Source of the DNA: Craspedostauros australis
Lineage: Eukaryota
Reading direction: 5' to 3'
Assembly (NCBI GenBank): GCA_030167865.1
Contig: JALAGF010005068.1
Location: forward strand, 1 to 64,000
DNA: 64,000 nucleotides
This document shows, piece after piece, positions 49,283 through 60,430 of this stretch. The notes under the pieces were generated by a model. It did not search any database. It was not told where the DNA came from and saw only the letters and a program-made list of their open reading frames with translations. Position 1 is the first letter of the stretch; every line of letters starts with the position of its first letter. Both the position numbers and the translations under genes were made by a program.

Positions 49283-52200
49283 ATGGAGGCCGGCGGTCAG
49301 AGCCAGATGCCGGAAACCGCGCCCAATGGTCTGATTGCGGCACTGGAAGCCAACTATCATGCACAGAACAAGTGCAATGGACAGAGGCCTATTTGCGTGC
49401 GGGATTGTCTGCGATCGAAGTCGTTCCCGCACCCCAAAGTCAAACGGCTCATCAAGCAGCAGATCGATGAGTTCAAGCAACGCGGCCGGAGCAATTCTGA
49501 TTCGCCGGCGCTGTTTCATCGCATCCAAGAGGCATTCGATGCGCTGCGACGCAATCAGATGGCTGAGCTGCCACGCATCCAAAATGCACTGACCATGACC
49601 ACAGCAGCAACGGCAACTGCCAACGCTGAATCGGCGCACCGCCATGCGGACATCATGTCGCCATCGTCGATGCTTTCGTCTGTCTCGCAAAGCCCCACGT
49701 CGGCACCTCCGTCGCCGACACAACCATCGCGACCCTCAGCGCAAAAGTCGGCACCGCAGAATCCGTACGCATCGCCGCGCAAGACGGAAACAGTGCCAGC
49801 AACGCAACCGCGCCGCCCTTCCCTGTACTATCTATCTCACGCATCCACAATCATGAGATTCATCCAGTACCTTGTCGAATTGCGAAAACAATCCATCTCG
49901 TTGTCATCGTCATCATCATCATCGAATGATCCTTCGCCTGTTCCATTGCTATCCCCACCACAGCTGCAGCAACTGGATAAGTGGGTGATCGAGATCATCC
50001 AGAACCTGGGGAGGGTCATATGCGCGCAGCTAAACGGCGCAAAACATGATGCCATGGAATGCATACTGGGAAGCGCAGAAATGCGCCAGCGAGATGCCGC
50101 AAGTTCCATGGATGACGATGGTGCCGTTGCGTCGGGCGATCAAGAAGGGTGTGAAGAAGAGGAAGAAGAGCAAGACAATGACGACGACGACATCGCTATG
50201 GAGGAGTGGTGGCATGATCGATCCGACACTCGGACGATTTGCTCCATTCGTCATGTATGCATTCACATCTTCATTTCCTTGTTGCGATGCAACGCGTATG
50301 CTCGTGAACGTCCGCAATTGGCCGGACCCCTCTGGAAGACCATGGGCGAAATCATCTCCGCGTTTCACGTTGCGCAAGAACGGCACAAGCAACATCAGCA
50401 ACAACAGCTGCCGCAATACGAATCATCGCCTTCGATTGCGGAGGCCGATATTTCGTTTCAGACTCTCGTGCCATCAACGGTGATGGAGGAGGCAGTACGG
50501 TCGCTTTCAGATCTATGCAACGAAGGATGCAATATGCTGTTGAATACGGCGGCTCAAGTCCTGACGGTACCATCAAGCAAGCTCTCAACCATCCCACCCA
50601 GGAAGGCTCTCGAACGGCATGGCAAATTGGTGAGCTTCCTTGTCACGCGTCTTGTGGTCATGGTCAACGCAATCTGCCAAGCCAAACATGCAAAGGTCTT
50701 TCGAGTCCCTCAAGAATCGGTATCATCACAGGCCGTCAACATCATGCTGCGATTGCGTGGACTGGCGATGGCATTGTCCGTGATGGATGATGAGTACGCA
50801 CGCGAGGGTGCTGCTGCGACGAAGCAACCGGCAGCTGCGAGAGACGTCGTGCATACTGCCGTTCTACAAATCCTCATGGATGTCGCCGCACGCGTGGAGC
50901 GCCAGATGATGGGCATATTGGTTTGCACTCCCACCAAGCATGCCATGATCGCAGACAAGTCGGCAGCGTCATCGATATCTATCTTTCAGTTGCGTCACGC
51001 TGCGGTACAACATGTAATTCAGGCCCAGTGGGATGAGGAGAACAATCAGAATCAAGGAAAGAGACAAAAACAAGGACAACGTTCACAACCGCTCCATGAT
51101 GCCAAACACTACTTATCGCGGCTGGCGTGGTCATTGGGGAAGGCCCTGATGCTGCGACGCATTCTGGCCGCAACGTCAACCGTTGAATACTCATCCCTTC
51201 GACACCTTGATGACACCACTGTTGAGAATCTGTTGGCTGTCATCGAGCAGTTGCTTTGCGTGACCCTTGCGGATTGCCAAACGCCGTTGCTGATGTCCAT
51301 CTGGAAGGACGAGACGAACTTCGCGAAGAAGGACGGCGCCGGAAATCAAGCTAAACCCCCGCTCATCCCGTCCCTTTTCCTCCTGTCATCATCCATCCAG
51401 CATTCGACGAAGATGCTGCTCATGATCGGAGAATGGCATCCACCGACCCTCTTCCGACGAGCTTCAAGTCGTGGCGGTGAGTTGAATGGGGCTAGTGTGG
51501 CTTGCAAACAAGGGGAGCACCATCCGAAGATGAAGTTGCATCGACTGATGATTGCGTGGCTTGGCCATGCATCGTCCCAGCCGTTTGCAAGAGAAATCAT
51601 GGTTGCGCTGTTTCACTTGTTCATCGTGTCCGTGTCAACGCCAGTCACGTCCCCATCCACACACCCCGACACATCGCCATTCGTGCTTGTGGAGACGCTG
51701 ATCCAGCTCGTCTTTGAACCTCGCACATCCACGCAATTGAGAGAGAGCGTCGCCTCGATCCTGATGAAAGTATTCAATACGACCGCAAACCGCTCAACGC
51801 TATGCACGCATCTTCGAACCGCTTTCGAACATCGATTGCATCACTTCCTCCGACAATCTGACAGTACGCCGTTAGAGACCAATGCAAAGAGGAAGCGGGC
51901 GAGCGGAGGGCGAGGGAAGAGAAGCTGTACATCCCGGCACTTCCAATTTGCAAACGACAACGAGATTCTGCGTCGTGTGCTGCGCTGCTTTGCGATGAGC
52001 AAATTTCGAACAGGGATTCCGCAGCAGGAGCGCAAACAACCAGGTCGCCATCATCAGCAGCACACACAAGTTTCGGAGAGGGAGGGATTGCTGCTGTCCG
52101 TGCTGCAATCCTTCTGTGAGACATTGATTCAACACCATGGACCAGCAATTTCACCCCAGTATCACGATAATCGCCAACAGCAGCAGCGGCGGAGCCAGCG

Positions 52201-53653
52201 GGAATGGAGCAAGCACATCGCGGGGTATCGTGCTCAATCCGTCCCTATCCTGCTCTCGATGTTGAGCGGATTGCCACCACAAGATCGTTCGTTGCAGAAA
52301 CACTTGAAGGTCGATGCGGCGTCGCTGCATCGGACAATCTTGGGCCTTCCCTTCCAACGCCGCACCGGAAAGAAGAAGCACGCCCAGGTGGACAATCAGG
52401 TCGAGCATCGTCACGACCTCGTACTGGATGATCGAAGCATTTCCATCTTGGATGCGATTTTCGCATTGTACGCTTGCTGGGCTGTCGAGCAGAAAGGATC
52501 AACAGGCGCGGCGACGGCCGTGCCTGTTGCGGAACTGATCCGGTTGATCACCGCAGTGCTGGATGCCACCAGTCGCGATTTTGCGTCGCATCAGAAAGGG
52601 CAAACATCATCAACCGTGGACACGGCTGCCATTTGCAGATTGCGGTTCACTGCGATCCGCAGCTTGCGATTTGTTTCGAACGTCATTCCAACCGACTGCC
52701 ACAGACAGGACTTGCAGGTGAGGCTGATCTACATGCTCATGTAATCTGATTGCATGCTGTACCAGCGGAAACGCCAGCTACTCGTGTGATGTGAGGAACT
52801 AACTCTGCCTATGCTTGCACTTCTCCATGCACTTGCCTCAATATTGCTTTCGTGGATCACAGCAACTTGCTGCTATATTCTCGAAGCTGCTGTCCACATG
52901 CGCAGACAAGGTGCCAATCATGTCATCGGCGTTGACCGCGTATGAAGGATTTGGAAAGCGGTTGCATCCGGGCCACCGCCACATCCTTCGCTCTTGCTGT
53001 CCTTCAAACGCTTTCCCCATCTTCCAATGCCGCTTTCAGCAGTTGGTCTGGCGAGGCAAGAGCAAAGCAACCAAGGTAAGTGGATTCGTTGGTGGTTTCA
53101 TTGGTTTTCGTTGGTTGGTCCATTGGTTGGCGGTTAGCAGGCCGGTGATGCACAGTTGAACCGATGAGCGCAGTTGGGCGTATGACTAGTAGTCATGAGA
53201 CCGACACACATCTCAGCATGCACATTCGCTGTCTCTTTCTCGAACCCCCTTGCTTTATCCTCATCATCGGTGTTGGCGCCGTCATTGATTTTCGCCATCG
53301 TTGATGTCGTTCTCAATCAGCTTGTGTGCCCGCGGCTCCACCCGCACGCCGCTGTCGGCATCATCGCGGGGTCATTACGCACGCAACGAACGCACGGCAG
53401 AAGCATCTTCCCGAGCCCTTCGGTCATCACCGTGCCGACAGATTCGTACGTATTCCAAGTCACGCTACCCAGCGGGCTCAAAGCAACAGTGCTGATGCCA
53501 CCCGATCCAAGCTGCTGGGAAGAGATCCAGAATATGGCCGGCATGGCGGAGGAAAACGACGATGAGCCTCCAGCAGTCCGGTTGCTGCGCCGCTCTGTGC
53601 CGCATCACGGCAGCGGAGGTTGCGACCTTATCCTGCAGCAAGCGCAAAAATAG
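49283..53653 (+). CDS. Large helical protein, 3 exons (49283-52717, 52863-53075, 53321-53653); weak resemblance to FIRRM/C1orf112
   Basis: 1294-aa ORF plus two phase-0 GT-AG introns (GTGAGG..CACAG; GTAAGT..ATCAG) joining ORFs 52815 and 53195 in frame; start could be upstream at 48860. Confidence 0.75.
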
Positions 53654-53972
53654 AGGATTAGCATACGCACCATGGCAAGACGTATGAGTATAGTAGAGTG
53701 TAGTATCCTGTCTTTCGTCTTTCTTTCCTTGCTTGTGGGCGCTTCACCAGCACATGGTTTCTACTTGGTACAACATGTTCTCTTTCGTGGTACTCTGCTC
53801 GTCGTTGTTGGTACGGATTCGCATTTCCACAAGCTGGCACACAGGTTGGCGCCACAATTGGCTTCTCCGGCTCAGCAAAACCAAAGGCCTGCGTCGCACA
53901 TGGCGGATACCTATTCGTATCCCTCCATCCCTCTCGCTCGCTCTCTTTCCATCTTTGCCTGCAAAATTGCGA

Positions 53973-55877
53973 TCAGTCGAATCCATTCTCCAACTTCTCC
54001 AAGATTTCATCCCATGATGAGACGTTCTTGAGCAGCCTGTGGAAGTCAACACTGCAAAACTCACGCCTTTGGTACGCCGTCCGTTCAAATGAGGATCGAT
54101 GTTGAACTTCGCCGTTCGGGGAACGGAACCAGGCTGGCATCCAGTTGGCTTCCACGGCAAGCGAGATGTTGAGAAGGTGTTCCAACGACGTATTCGAAGG
54201 GCACCACAACGGCAGGTCGACCATGGTTTTGTTCAGAGTGCGTTGGTGATACTGCGCCAAATCATTCGCCATGTCGACCCTCGTCTTGTTGGCCTGGACC
54301 TGCTGAGAGATGAATCCTCGTTTGGCGGCCATGAAGACGATGTCGTGGTAGCAGAACCAGGCGACGTTGCGCATGTTCAGGGGTGGGTTGTCGGTCATGT
54401 TCTGCAGGTACGCGCAGGCGTTGGGCGCATCCTGCACAAAATCGCACATCAATTGCTGCGTGATGTGGCGTTGTTTGTTGTGGACATTCAAAACGTGATA
54501 GGCGAAACCGCCGTTGCCCCAGGTCTGTATGGAGCCATCGATGAAGGTGTACACGCTGGTTACAATGTAGCTGTCCTTGCGTCCGTCTTTGGGCAGCGTG
54601 CACCACCGAAGGGCCTCCGTGATCATCGACCATGTCCGAAGCTGCAGCTTGCCGCCGTCCGAAGGCCATTTGCCATCCTCGCGGCCTCGTTCAATGTTGC
54701 GGCCTTTGTCCTGCTTGATGCTGCTGAGCATCCAGTCGAAGACCCGTCGATAGGTCATGACCACGGTGACGTTCCATCCATGAAACACGTCGTTCAGATT
54801 GTCAAAGAAGACCGGGTTGTAGAGGGCACCTTTGTGGTATCGTGATCTCCAGGAGTACGTTTCATCGCTGATGATCAGGGATATTGCATCATTCCTCAGC
54901 TCGTCCAACAAGTTCTGTGTGCTCCTGATACACTGGGGGACTGGGAGCAAGAGCCGTCGCGATGGGACGGAAATTGACGTGTTGGACATGTTGGACGTGT
55001 TGAATGCGGTGGTGTTGTTCGGGAATTCAGTTCGCGTCTTTTGGTTCAAATAGTTTGTGTAATCAAGATGCATGCAACTGGCATTCCACAACCCTTCGAT
55101 GGCTGACATCTTGTGCCCTTTGTATTGCCCTTTGAAATAACCCCGTCCCCAGAATATGTAGTTGTCCTGAGCCAGTATTCCGTTCATCTGCAGCTCTGCT
55201 AAGTTGCCTTGCATGGTCGTGGTTGCCGTTTTGGATGGTCCAACGTGAAGGATGAGCTGGGGCATGCGATCGCCGCCGCCACCGGTGCTGCTGCTACGTG
55301 CATGGTGATAAGTTGTGTCCAGTGGCATGGGCGTGGGCGTGGGCTTGAGCTTGAGCTTGGGCTTTGATGTTGATATTGGCATTGGTGCTGGCGATGACTT
55401 GGCTGGCTGGATGTCCGCTCGTTCTACATCGCGCTTTCCCAACTGCGTACGAGTACTGAGTTGTGAATTGATGGGTGTTTCGATGGATACGTCAATAGCT
55501 GTGCCCGTAATCGTGTGTCTCTGCTCGCCACCGCTGTAAATATGATCACGAGTGTCGCCATTGTTCTCGTCTGTGTCATGCATGATTCCTCCAAGCATGG
55601 CAGGTTGATCGATTTTCGTTGTCTTGAACATGGTGAAACCTTCCATGACCGCAACGATGACGATGATGACCAAAGTCTGCGCGGACCATTGCCTGCGCTT
55701 GCGCTGTGCTTTCGTTTCTCCATTCTTGATGTTGTTATCGCTGGCAGTGCTGCTCGTGCTGAGGCGACTCTTGACTGCAGCCTTTGTTGTGCGAGTGTGC
55801 AGCTCAGAGCACATGCTACGAGTAGCGTGTCCGCCAGTCGCATTAGTATCGACGCCATGCTTGGAACTGTGCTTCAT
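53973..55877 (-). CDS. Type II membrane sulfotransferase-like (P-loop fold) protein
   Basis: TM segment LVIIVIVAVM; LILHVGPSKTATTTMQ (5'-PSB-like), IISDE, VVMTYRR. Confidence 0.75.
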   Translation of the reverse strand: MKHSSKHGVDTNATGGHATRSMCSELHTRTTKAAVKSRLSTSSTASDNNIKNGETKAQRKRRQWSAQTLVIIVIVAVMEGFTMFKTTKIDQPAMLGGIMHDTDENNGDTRDHIYSGGEQRHTITGTAIDVSIETPINSQLSTRTQLGKRDVERADIQPAKSSPAPMPISTSKPKLKLKPTPTPMPLDTTYHHARSSSTGGGGDRMPQLILHVGPSKTATTTMQGNLAELQMNGILAQDNYIFWGRGYFKGQYKGHKMSAIEGLWNASCMHLDYTNYLNQKTRTEFPNNTTAFNTSNMSNTSISVPSRRLLLPVPQCIRSTQNLLDELRNDAISLIISDETYSWRSRYHKGALYNPVFFDNLNDVFHGWNVTVVMTYRRVFDWMLSSIKQDKGRNIERGREDGKWPSDGGKLQLRTWSMITEALRWCTLPKDGRKDSYIVTSVYTFIDGSIQTWGNGGFAYHVLNVHNKQRHITQQLMCDFVQDAPNACAYLQNMTDNPPLNMRNVAWFCYHDIVFMAAKRGFISQQVQANKTRVDMANDLAQYHQRTLNKTMVDLPLWCPSNTSLEHLLNISLAVEANWMPAWFRSPNGEVQHRSSFERTAYQRREFCSVDFHRLLKNVSSWDEILEKLENGFD

Positions 55878-56181
55878 GGAGGCATCTGAGACTGTTCGGA
55901 GCAATACGTGCTCAGATCTACTCTACTCTGCTCCACTCTACTCTGATACTCTTTTGAAGTATCGGTTGGTGCCTTCTCTGAATGAGAATCCTTACGGTGT
56001 TGGGGATGACGATGTTGGTGTTGTGGTATGCTGATTGTGGTCATGGTCTGCGATGATCGATGATGACTGTCACCAGTTACATCCAAGAATGATGGAACCG
56101 TGGAAATCACGAGGGGAAATACTCTTTTCTTGTATTTTCGAACCCTTTTTGCGTCTTTCGACTGCTCTAAACTCATGGTTT

Positions 56182-56356
56182 CAAGTTACGACACACGTGA
56201 AACTGATTTAGAGTGAAAAAGAGTAAAGATGCAGATTATGAGTCTTATCGATGTCGTATGCGTCAACGTATTGGCTGCATTACTGTGTCGTCCCTGATTG
56301 GTAACAGCGCCTATCGTGTAACGCCGTTTCAACGGTTTCATACATATCCCGGTTTG
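56182..56356 (-). repeat. 3' LTR (175 bp)
   Basis: Identical by eye to 62403-62577. Confidence 0.95.
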
Positions 56357-56358
56357 GT

Positions 56359-56364
56359 CCCCTC
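56359..56364 (-). other. Short polypurine tract GAGGGG
   Basis: 2 nt (AC) upstream of the 3' LTR on the minus strand. Confidence 0.65.
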
Positions 56365-56527
56365 GATGCGCGGTGGCTGTGCTAGCCGTCGTATCGTCAC
56401 ATTTTGGTTGCATTCGGGATGTACCTGCTGCATGCCCCACACGTGGACACCACAGGGCGCTCGTCCCACCAACCATGAGCAGAGCCCATGATTGACCACC
56501 CTTGGGTACTATTGCGCAGTGCCGAGG

Positions 56528-59500
56528 TCAAAAGAGGACCCGTTGTGCTTGTTCCTTTCGTCTCGGTCCTTGTTGTTGCTTCGTGAGCATGTCGGATAGA
56601 TTGGTTTCGGATGGTTCGTGCTGTACCACCAAGATACCCGCTGCGATGCTTTCTCTGACGAAGTGATATGCGATGGCATTGGCTTTCTTCCGCAATTGTG
56701 ACTCTGGTAGTGAGGAATTGTATACCACACTCTGATTATCAACCCGTACATCCGCTGGTCCATCCAGAGGGATGCCCATCATGCGAAGCTTGTATCGCAT
56801 TCCAATGATGATCTCGGTTGCTACCTTGAGCGCCGTGAATTCGCTGCCGAATGTGGATGTCTCGATGCTGTTCTGTTTCTTGCTGTACCATAGTATCGGT
56901 GATGTGTTTAAAAACAAGAGCACGCCAGTGCGTGAGCGTCGCGTGACGCGGTCACCTGCATGATCAGCATCAACAAAGCACGTCATTTGGACTTCCTTTC
57001 CGCGTGGCGGTGGCATGTCAGCAGGTAGTTGTTCATGAGCATCAGGGTAGAAATCGTTCCAGTTGGGTTGCATCACAGGCGGTTTGTCAATGTATGCATC
57101 ATCAAAAACAAGGCGAGAACGATCGTGAGATTTGAGGTATGCGAACATATGAAAGAGAGCATGCAAATGACCGATTCGAGGCGCAACACAGTATGATGCC
57201 ATCATCGACGTTTCACAGCATATGTCAATGCGTCCGAGCTCAACAGTCCAGCGCAGGATGCCAATCAATTGCTGATAGAATGTCGTTTGCTCTGTGTCAC
57301 ACAGTTGCGATCCGTCCAATTCCGGTCGATAGTTGTTTGGTAAAACGCTGGGTGCTTTCGTCTTCAGTCGTAGATTGTGTTCGGTGAGGTATTTGGTGAC
57401 GATCTTGAGAGCGGATTTGATGTATTCTTGTGAGCCCATGCTCCATTTGGGGCGTGATGGATCGGCAGTGAGGTGGAATTGTGAGATAGTAGATCCCAGA
57501 TAGGTTGTTGGAGGGCCAATGGAACTCGGTTTGAGGAAAAAGTGTGAGTCAATCGCATCAAGGATGCGTCGTGGTTGTTTGGAGACAGCAAGGATGTCGT
57601 CGGTGTACACGAGCACGTATTCGTAATATTCTGACCCATCGCTCGCAACAGCTGGCTTCATCCAGACGTCGCTGTCAGCACGGCAGGATGTGAATCCCAA
57701 CGAATCGCGTAGTGTCTCGGCCAAATGTGCTCTCCATGCTGCTCCACTTGATTTCAATCCATACAGGGCCCAACAAATGATTGCGATCTTCCCTTGGTCG
57801 GATCCGAACTCCGGACCACATCGTGTGTATATGCGTTCCCGGCATGGGGCGTTGAGGTATGCATTCTGAACATCCGCGGCAAGGATGTCCAAGTCGTTGA
57901 GTGCAGCGATCAAGAATGCAATGCGTACGCTTTCGCGTGACACCACACTCGCGTATGTGATCGTCGCAGGCGTTTCCGTCATGTGTCCCCCAGCGACAAG
58001 TCGCGCCTTTCTTGTGAGGTCCACCTTGATGGCGAATATCATGTGGCATTCCATGTATTGGTAGCCCACAGGATCGGGAGTATCAAGCTCCTTGATATCA
58101 AATGCTGTTTGCACGGCCTTCATCTCTTTTGCAATAGCTTGTCGCCACAGATCCGTGCCTGTAGCTGCATCGATCGCAAGTGCGTGACGCACTGAGGTAG
58201 GGAGCTCCACGCCAAACATCTCATTCTTTCGGACGTGTCGCCGCTTCGTTGCCATGATGATGCGTTGTCGTTTACGTAGGGTATGTGGCACCCACCACTT
58301 GAATGCAGGTTCGTTGACGAGCTTGTTGTCTGCAGCGTATTCGGCAACGCGTACTGGGTCGGCTTCTTTTGCGTCGCGTAGGTGGATCCAGGATGTGGAC
58401 CCGTCCTTCCATCGGATACAGAGCTTCCAGCCTTTTGTCGATTTGGAATGAGGAGAAGGAGAAGAAACAGAGGGCAAACGTTTGTGATCGATGATTTCGT
58501 CCATCAGCACAGTCGTGTATCCGTCGTCATCGATGCGCGCGTAGATGTTTTCCGCAATTTGGTTGGCGCTGAACACCTCGTGATGTCCATCGAGAAATTC
58601 AACTTCGTATTGGGCAGTGTCAAGCATAGGATTGGGATGCGAGCGGCCGATGAGGTTGCCTTCTGTGTCTCGTTTGCGTTGTTTGACTGTTCCATGTTGC
58701 ATCTCGTCCCCTGTCGGTAGAATGACTTTGGTTGCAATGTATTTGTCGAAAGTCGCGCTGTCAACATCGTCTGGTTCCACGATGTGTTCCAATGGTTCGG
58801 TGTTCTGCAGAATGGCAATGTCTGCTGCCGTATCATCAACGTCGTCGCCATTGTCGTCGATTGTGATGCCTTCCATTCGTTGCTTCCATTTGGATCGAAG
58901 TGTGTCCATGAATTCGTTGCACTTGTGTGCAATTACGTCGCTGTGTGTGTCATCGTGTGAGAGAGGTAAAACAGAGGATTTAGAAACAACAACGCCATTG
59001 GCAGTGAGGATGTACGAGCACATGGCATCACCAACAGAACGGCTTGGCCCGAGGTAGCGACCAAGTTGCTTGACGTTCATTGACGCGTCTTGGATGTTGA
59101 TATACCACACGAAGTCAAACCAGCCGAATTCAGCAATGTGAGAGATGTCAGCAGTGTCACCGGACAAGATGGTGGCCGGTGTCTCGCCGTGAAGATCATG
59201 GATGGCGAGTGCAGTGTGGCTGCGTATCTCAGCACAGTATTCGAAGCAGTAGTCCCACAGGTACTCCGGTGTTTCTGTCGAGGTCATCAACCGTCGGTAA
59301 TGTCGTCGCAGTTCGCGGATGGTGGCTTCTGCCTTGTTCTGATTGTGGATGTATGCTTCGATTGGTCGGATGGAGACTTGTGCTCTATGTAGCTTGCGAC
59401 GGAATTCGCCAGCTACGAGCTCTTTGGCGTTGTCAGGGATGATGGTGTGTGGGATACCGTGGTCACGAAACAGTTCGTCGAGTGTGCGATGTGCTTCCTT

Positions 59501-60394
59501 GCGTTCTGCCATTGGGTACACCCGGACCCAGTGAAATGGGGTGCAGTAGATCATGGCGCATTTGTTGCCGCGAATCGATTTGGTCTTTGCGTGCATGGTG
59601 TCGGCGTATAATTGGGTGTTGAGCCGACGATATCGTAGTTGCATGGCATATGGGTTGAGGCGGCGTGTTCCCGACGAATGACGAAAGTCGCGGATGGCTA
59701 GTTGTGTTGTTGCTTCAAGAGTGCGTGATGCGGCTTCCGTTCCGATACGCCAACGTTGTGCGAGGACATCGGGTGTGATAGTCCCCTTTCGACTGGATGT
59801 GTGCGTGCCATGGATGTTGATGGACGATATGGTTCGTTGTGATGAGAGAGATGCTCGGATGGCATCTTCGTCGTCTCCTGACGACCATTGGGAGGGGTCC
59901 CATGTGGCCTCTTGTGTCATCATGACGTGGATGCAGTCGCGATCGGATTGGACTTCTTGTTGTGTTGGCTTCCTGATGTGGAAGTAGGATACGGTGCCTT
60001 GCAATCGTAGTGGGATGTGTAGATCGTCGTCGGACGAGACCACAGAGTGGTCTTCCGGTTTCCGTTCATGCTCTTTGATCATGAGCAGAGGAACATCATT
60101 CACGACTATACCCGCAGCCCTCATTTGATTTGGGCACAACAAAGGATGTTCAAGACGAGGAAAGTAGATCGATTGTGGAAAGAAAAGAATAAATGTTTGA
60201 TATGTAATTGGATCATCGTATGCTACCGCAGCTGTGACGATTGGTGCATTATCGATGGATCCAAGTGAGTCAATAAAAGGGGTTGCAGTGACGGTTTGAT
60301 CGGTCTGATGCACAATGTACGCAGTGTCACCAAAGCAACATGTATCCGCATGCGAATCGAGCTCTGCCCGTGGGGTATCAGATGACAGAGACAT
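56528..60394 (-). CDS. pol: Pol polyprotein: protease, integrase, chromodomain-like segment, reverse transcriptase, RNase H (1288 aa)
   Basis: LDSHADT; YADT / PDNAKE / QNKAE; KARLVAGG, LYGLKSSG, YTDD; VDADHAGD, STFGSEF, VDN, SDMLTK. Confidence 0.97.
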   Translation of the reverse strand: MSLSSDTPRAELDSHADTCCFGDTAYIVHQTDQTVTATPFIDSLGSIDNAPIVTAAVAYDDPITYQTFILFFPQSIYFPRLEHPLLCPNQMRAAGIVVNDVPLLMIKEHERKPEDHSVVSSDDDLHIPLRLQGTVSYFHIRKPTQQEVQSDRDCIHVMMTQEATWDPSQWSSGDDEDAIRASLSSQRTISSINIHGTHTSSRKGTITPDVLAQRWRIGTEAASRTLEATTQLAIRDFRHSSGTRRLNPYAMQLRYRRLNTQLYADTMHAKTKSIRGNKCAMIYCTPFHWVRVYPMAERKEAHRTLDELFRDHGIPHTIIPDNAKELVAGEFRRKLHRAQVSIRPIEAYIHNQNKAEATIRELRRHYRRLMTSTETPEYLWDYCFEYCAEIRSHTALAIHDLHGETPATILSGDTADISHIAEFGWFDFVWYINIQDASMNVKQLGRYLGPSRSVGDAMCSYILTANGVVVSKSSVLPLSHDDTHSDVIAHKCNEFMDTLRSKWKQRMEGITIDDNGDDVDDTAADIAILQNTEPLEHIVEPDDVDSATFDKYIATKVILPTGDEMQHGTVKQRKRDTEGNLIGRSHPNPMLDTAQYEVEFLDGHHEVFSANQIAENIYARIDDDGYTTVLMDEIIDHKRLPSVSSPSPHSKSTKGWKLCIRWKDGSTSWIHLRDAKEADPVRVAEYAADNKLVNEPAFKWWVPHTLRKRQRIIMATKRRHVRKNEMFGVELPTSVRHALAIDAATGTDLWRQAIAKEMKAVQTAFDIKELDTPDPVGYQYMECHMIFAIKVDLTRKARLVAGGHMTETPATITYASVVSRESVRIAFLIAALNDLDILAADVQNAYLNAPCRERIYTRCGPEFGSDQGKIAIICWALYGLKSSGAAWRAHLAETLRDSLGFTSCRADSDVWMKPAVASDGSEYYEYVLVYTDDILAVSKQPRRILDAIDSHFFLKPSSIGPPTTYLGSTISQFHLTADPSRPKWSMGSQEYIKSALKIVTKYLTEHNLRLKTKAPSVLPNNYRPELDGSQLCDTEQTTFYQQLIGILRWTVELGRIDICCETSMMASYCVAPRIGHLHALFHMFAYLKSHDRSRLVFDDAYIDKPPVMQPNWNDFYPDAHEQLPADMPPPRGKEVQMTCFVDADHAGDRVTRRSRTGVLLFLNTSPILWYSKKQNSIETSTFGSEFTALKVATEIIIGMRYKLRMMGIPLDGPADVRVDNQSVVYNSSLPESQLRKKANAIAYHFVRESIAAGILVVQHEPSETNLSDMLTKQQQGPRRKEQAQRVLF

Positions 60395-60430
60395 GCTGAC
60401 GGATGTGAGCCGTCTCGTATGGCCTTGCGG

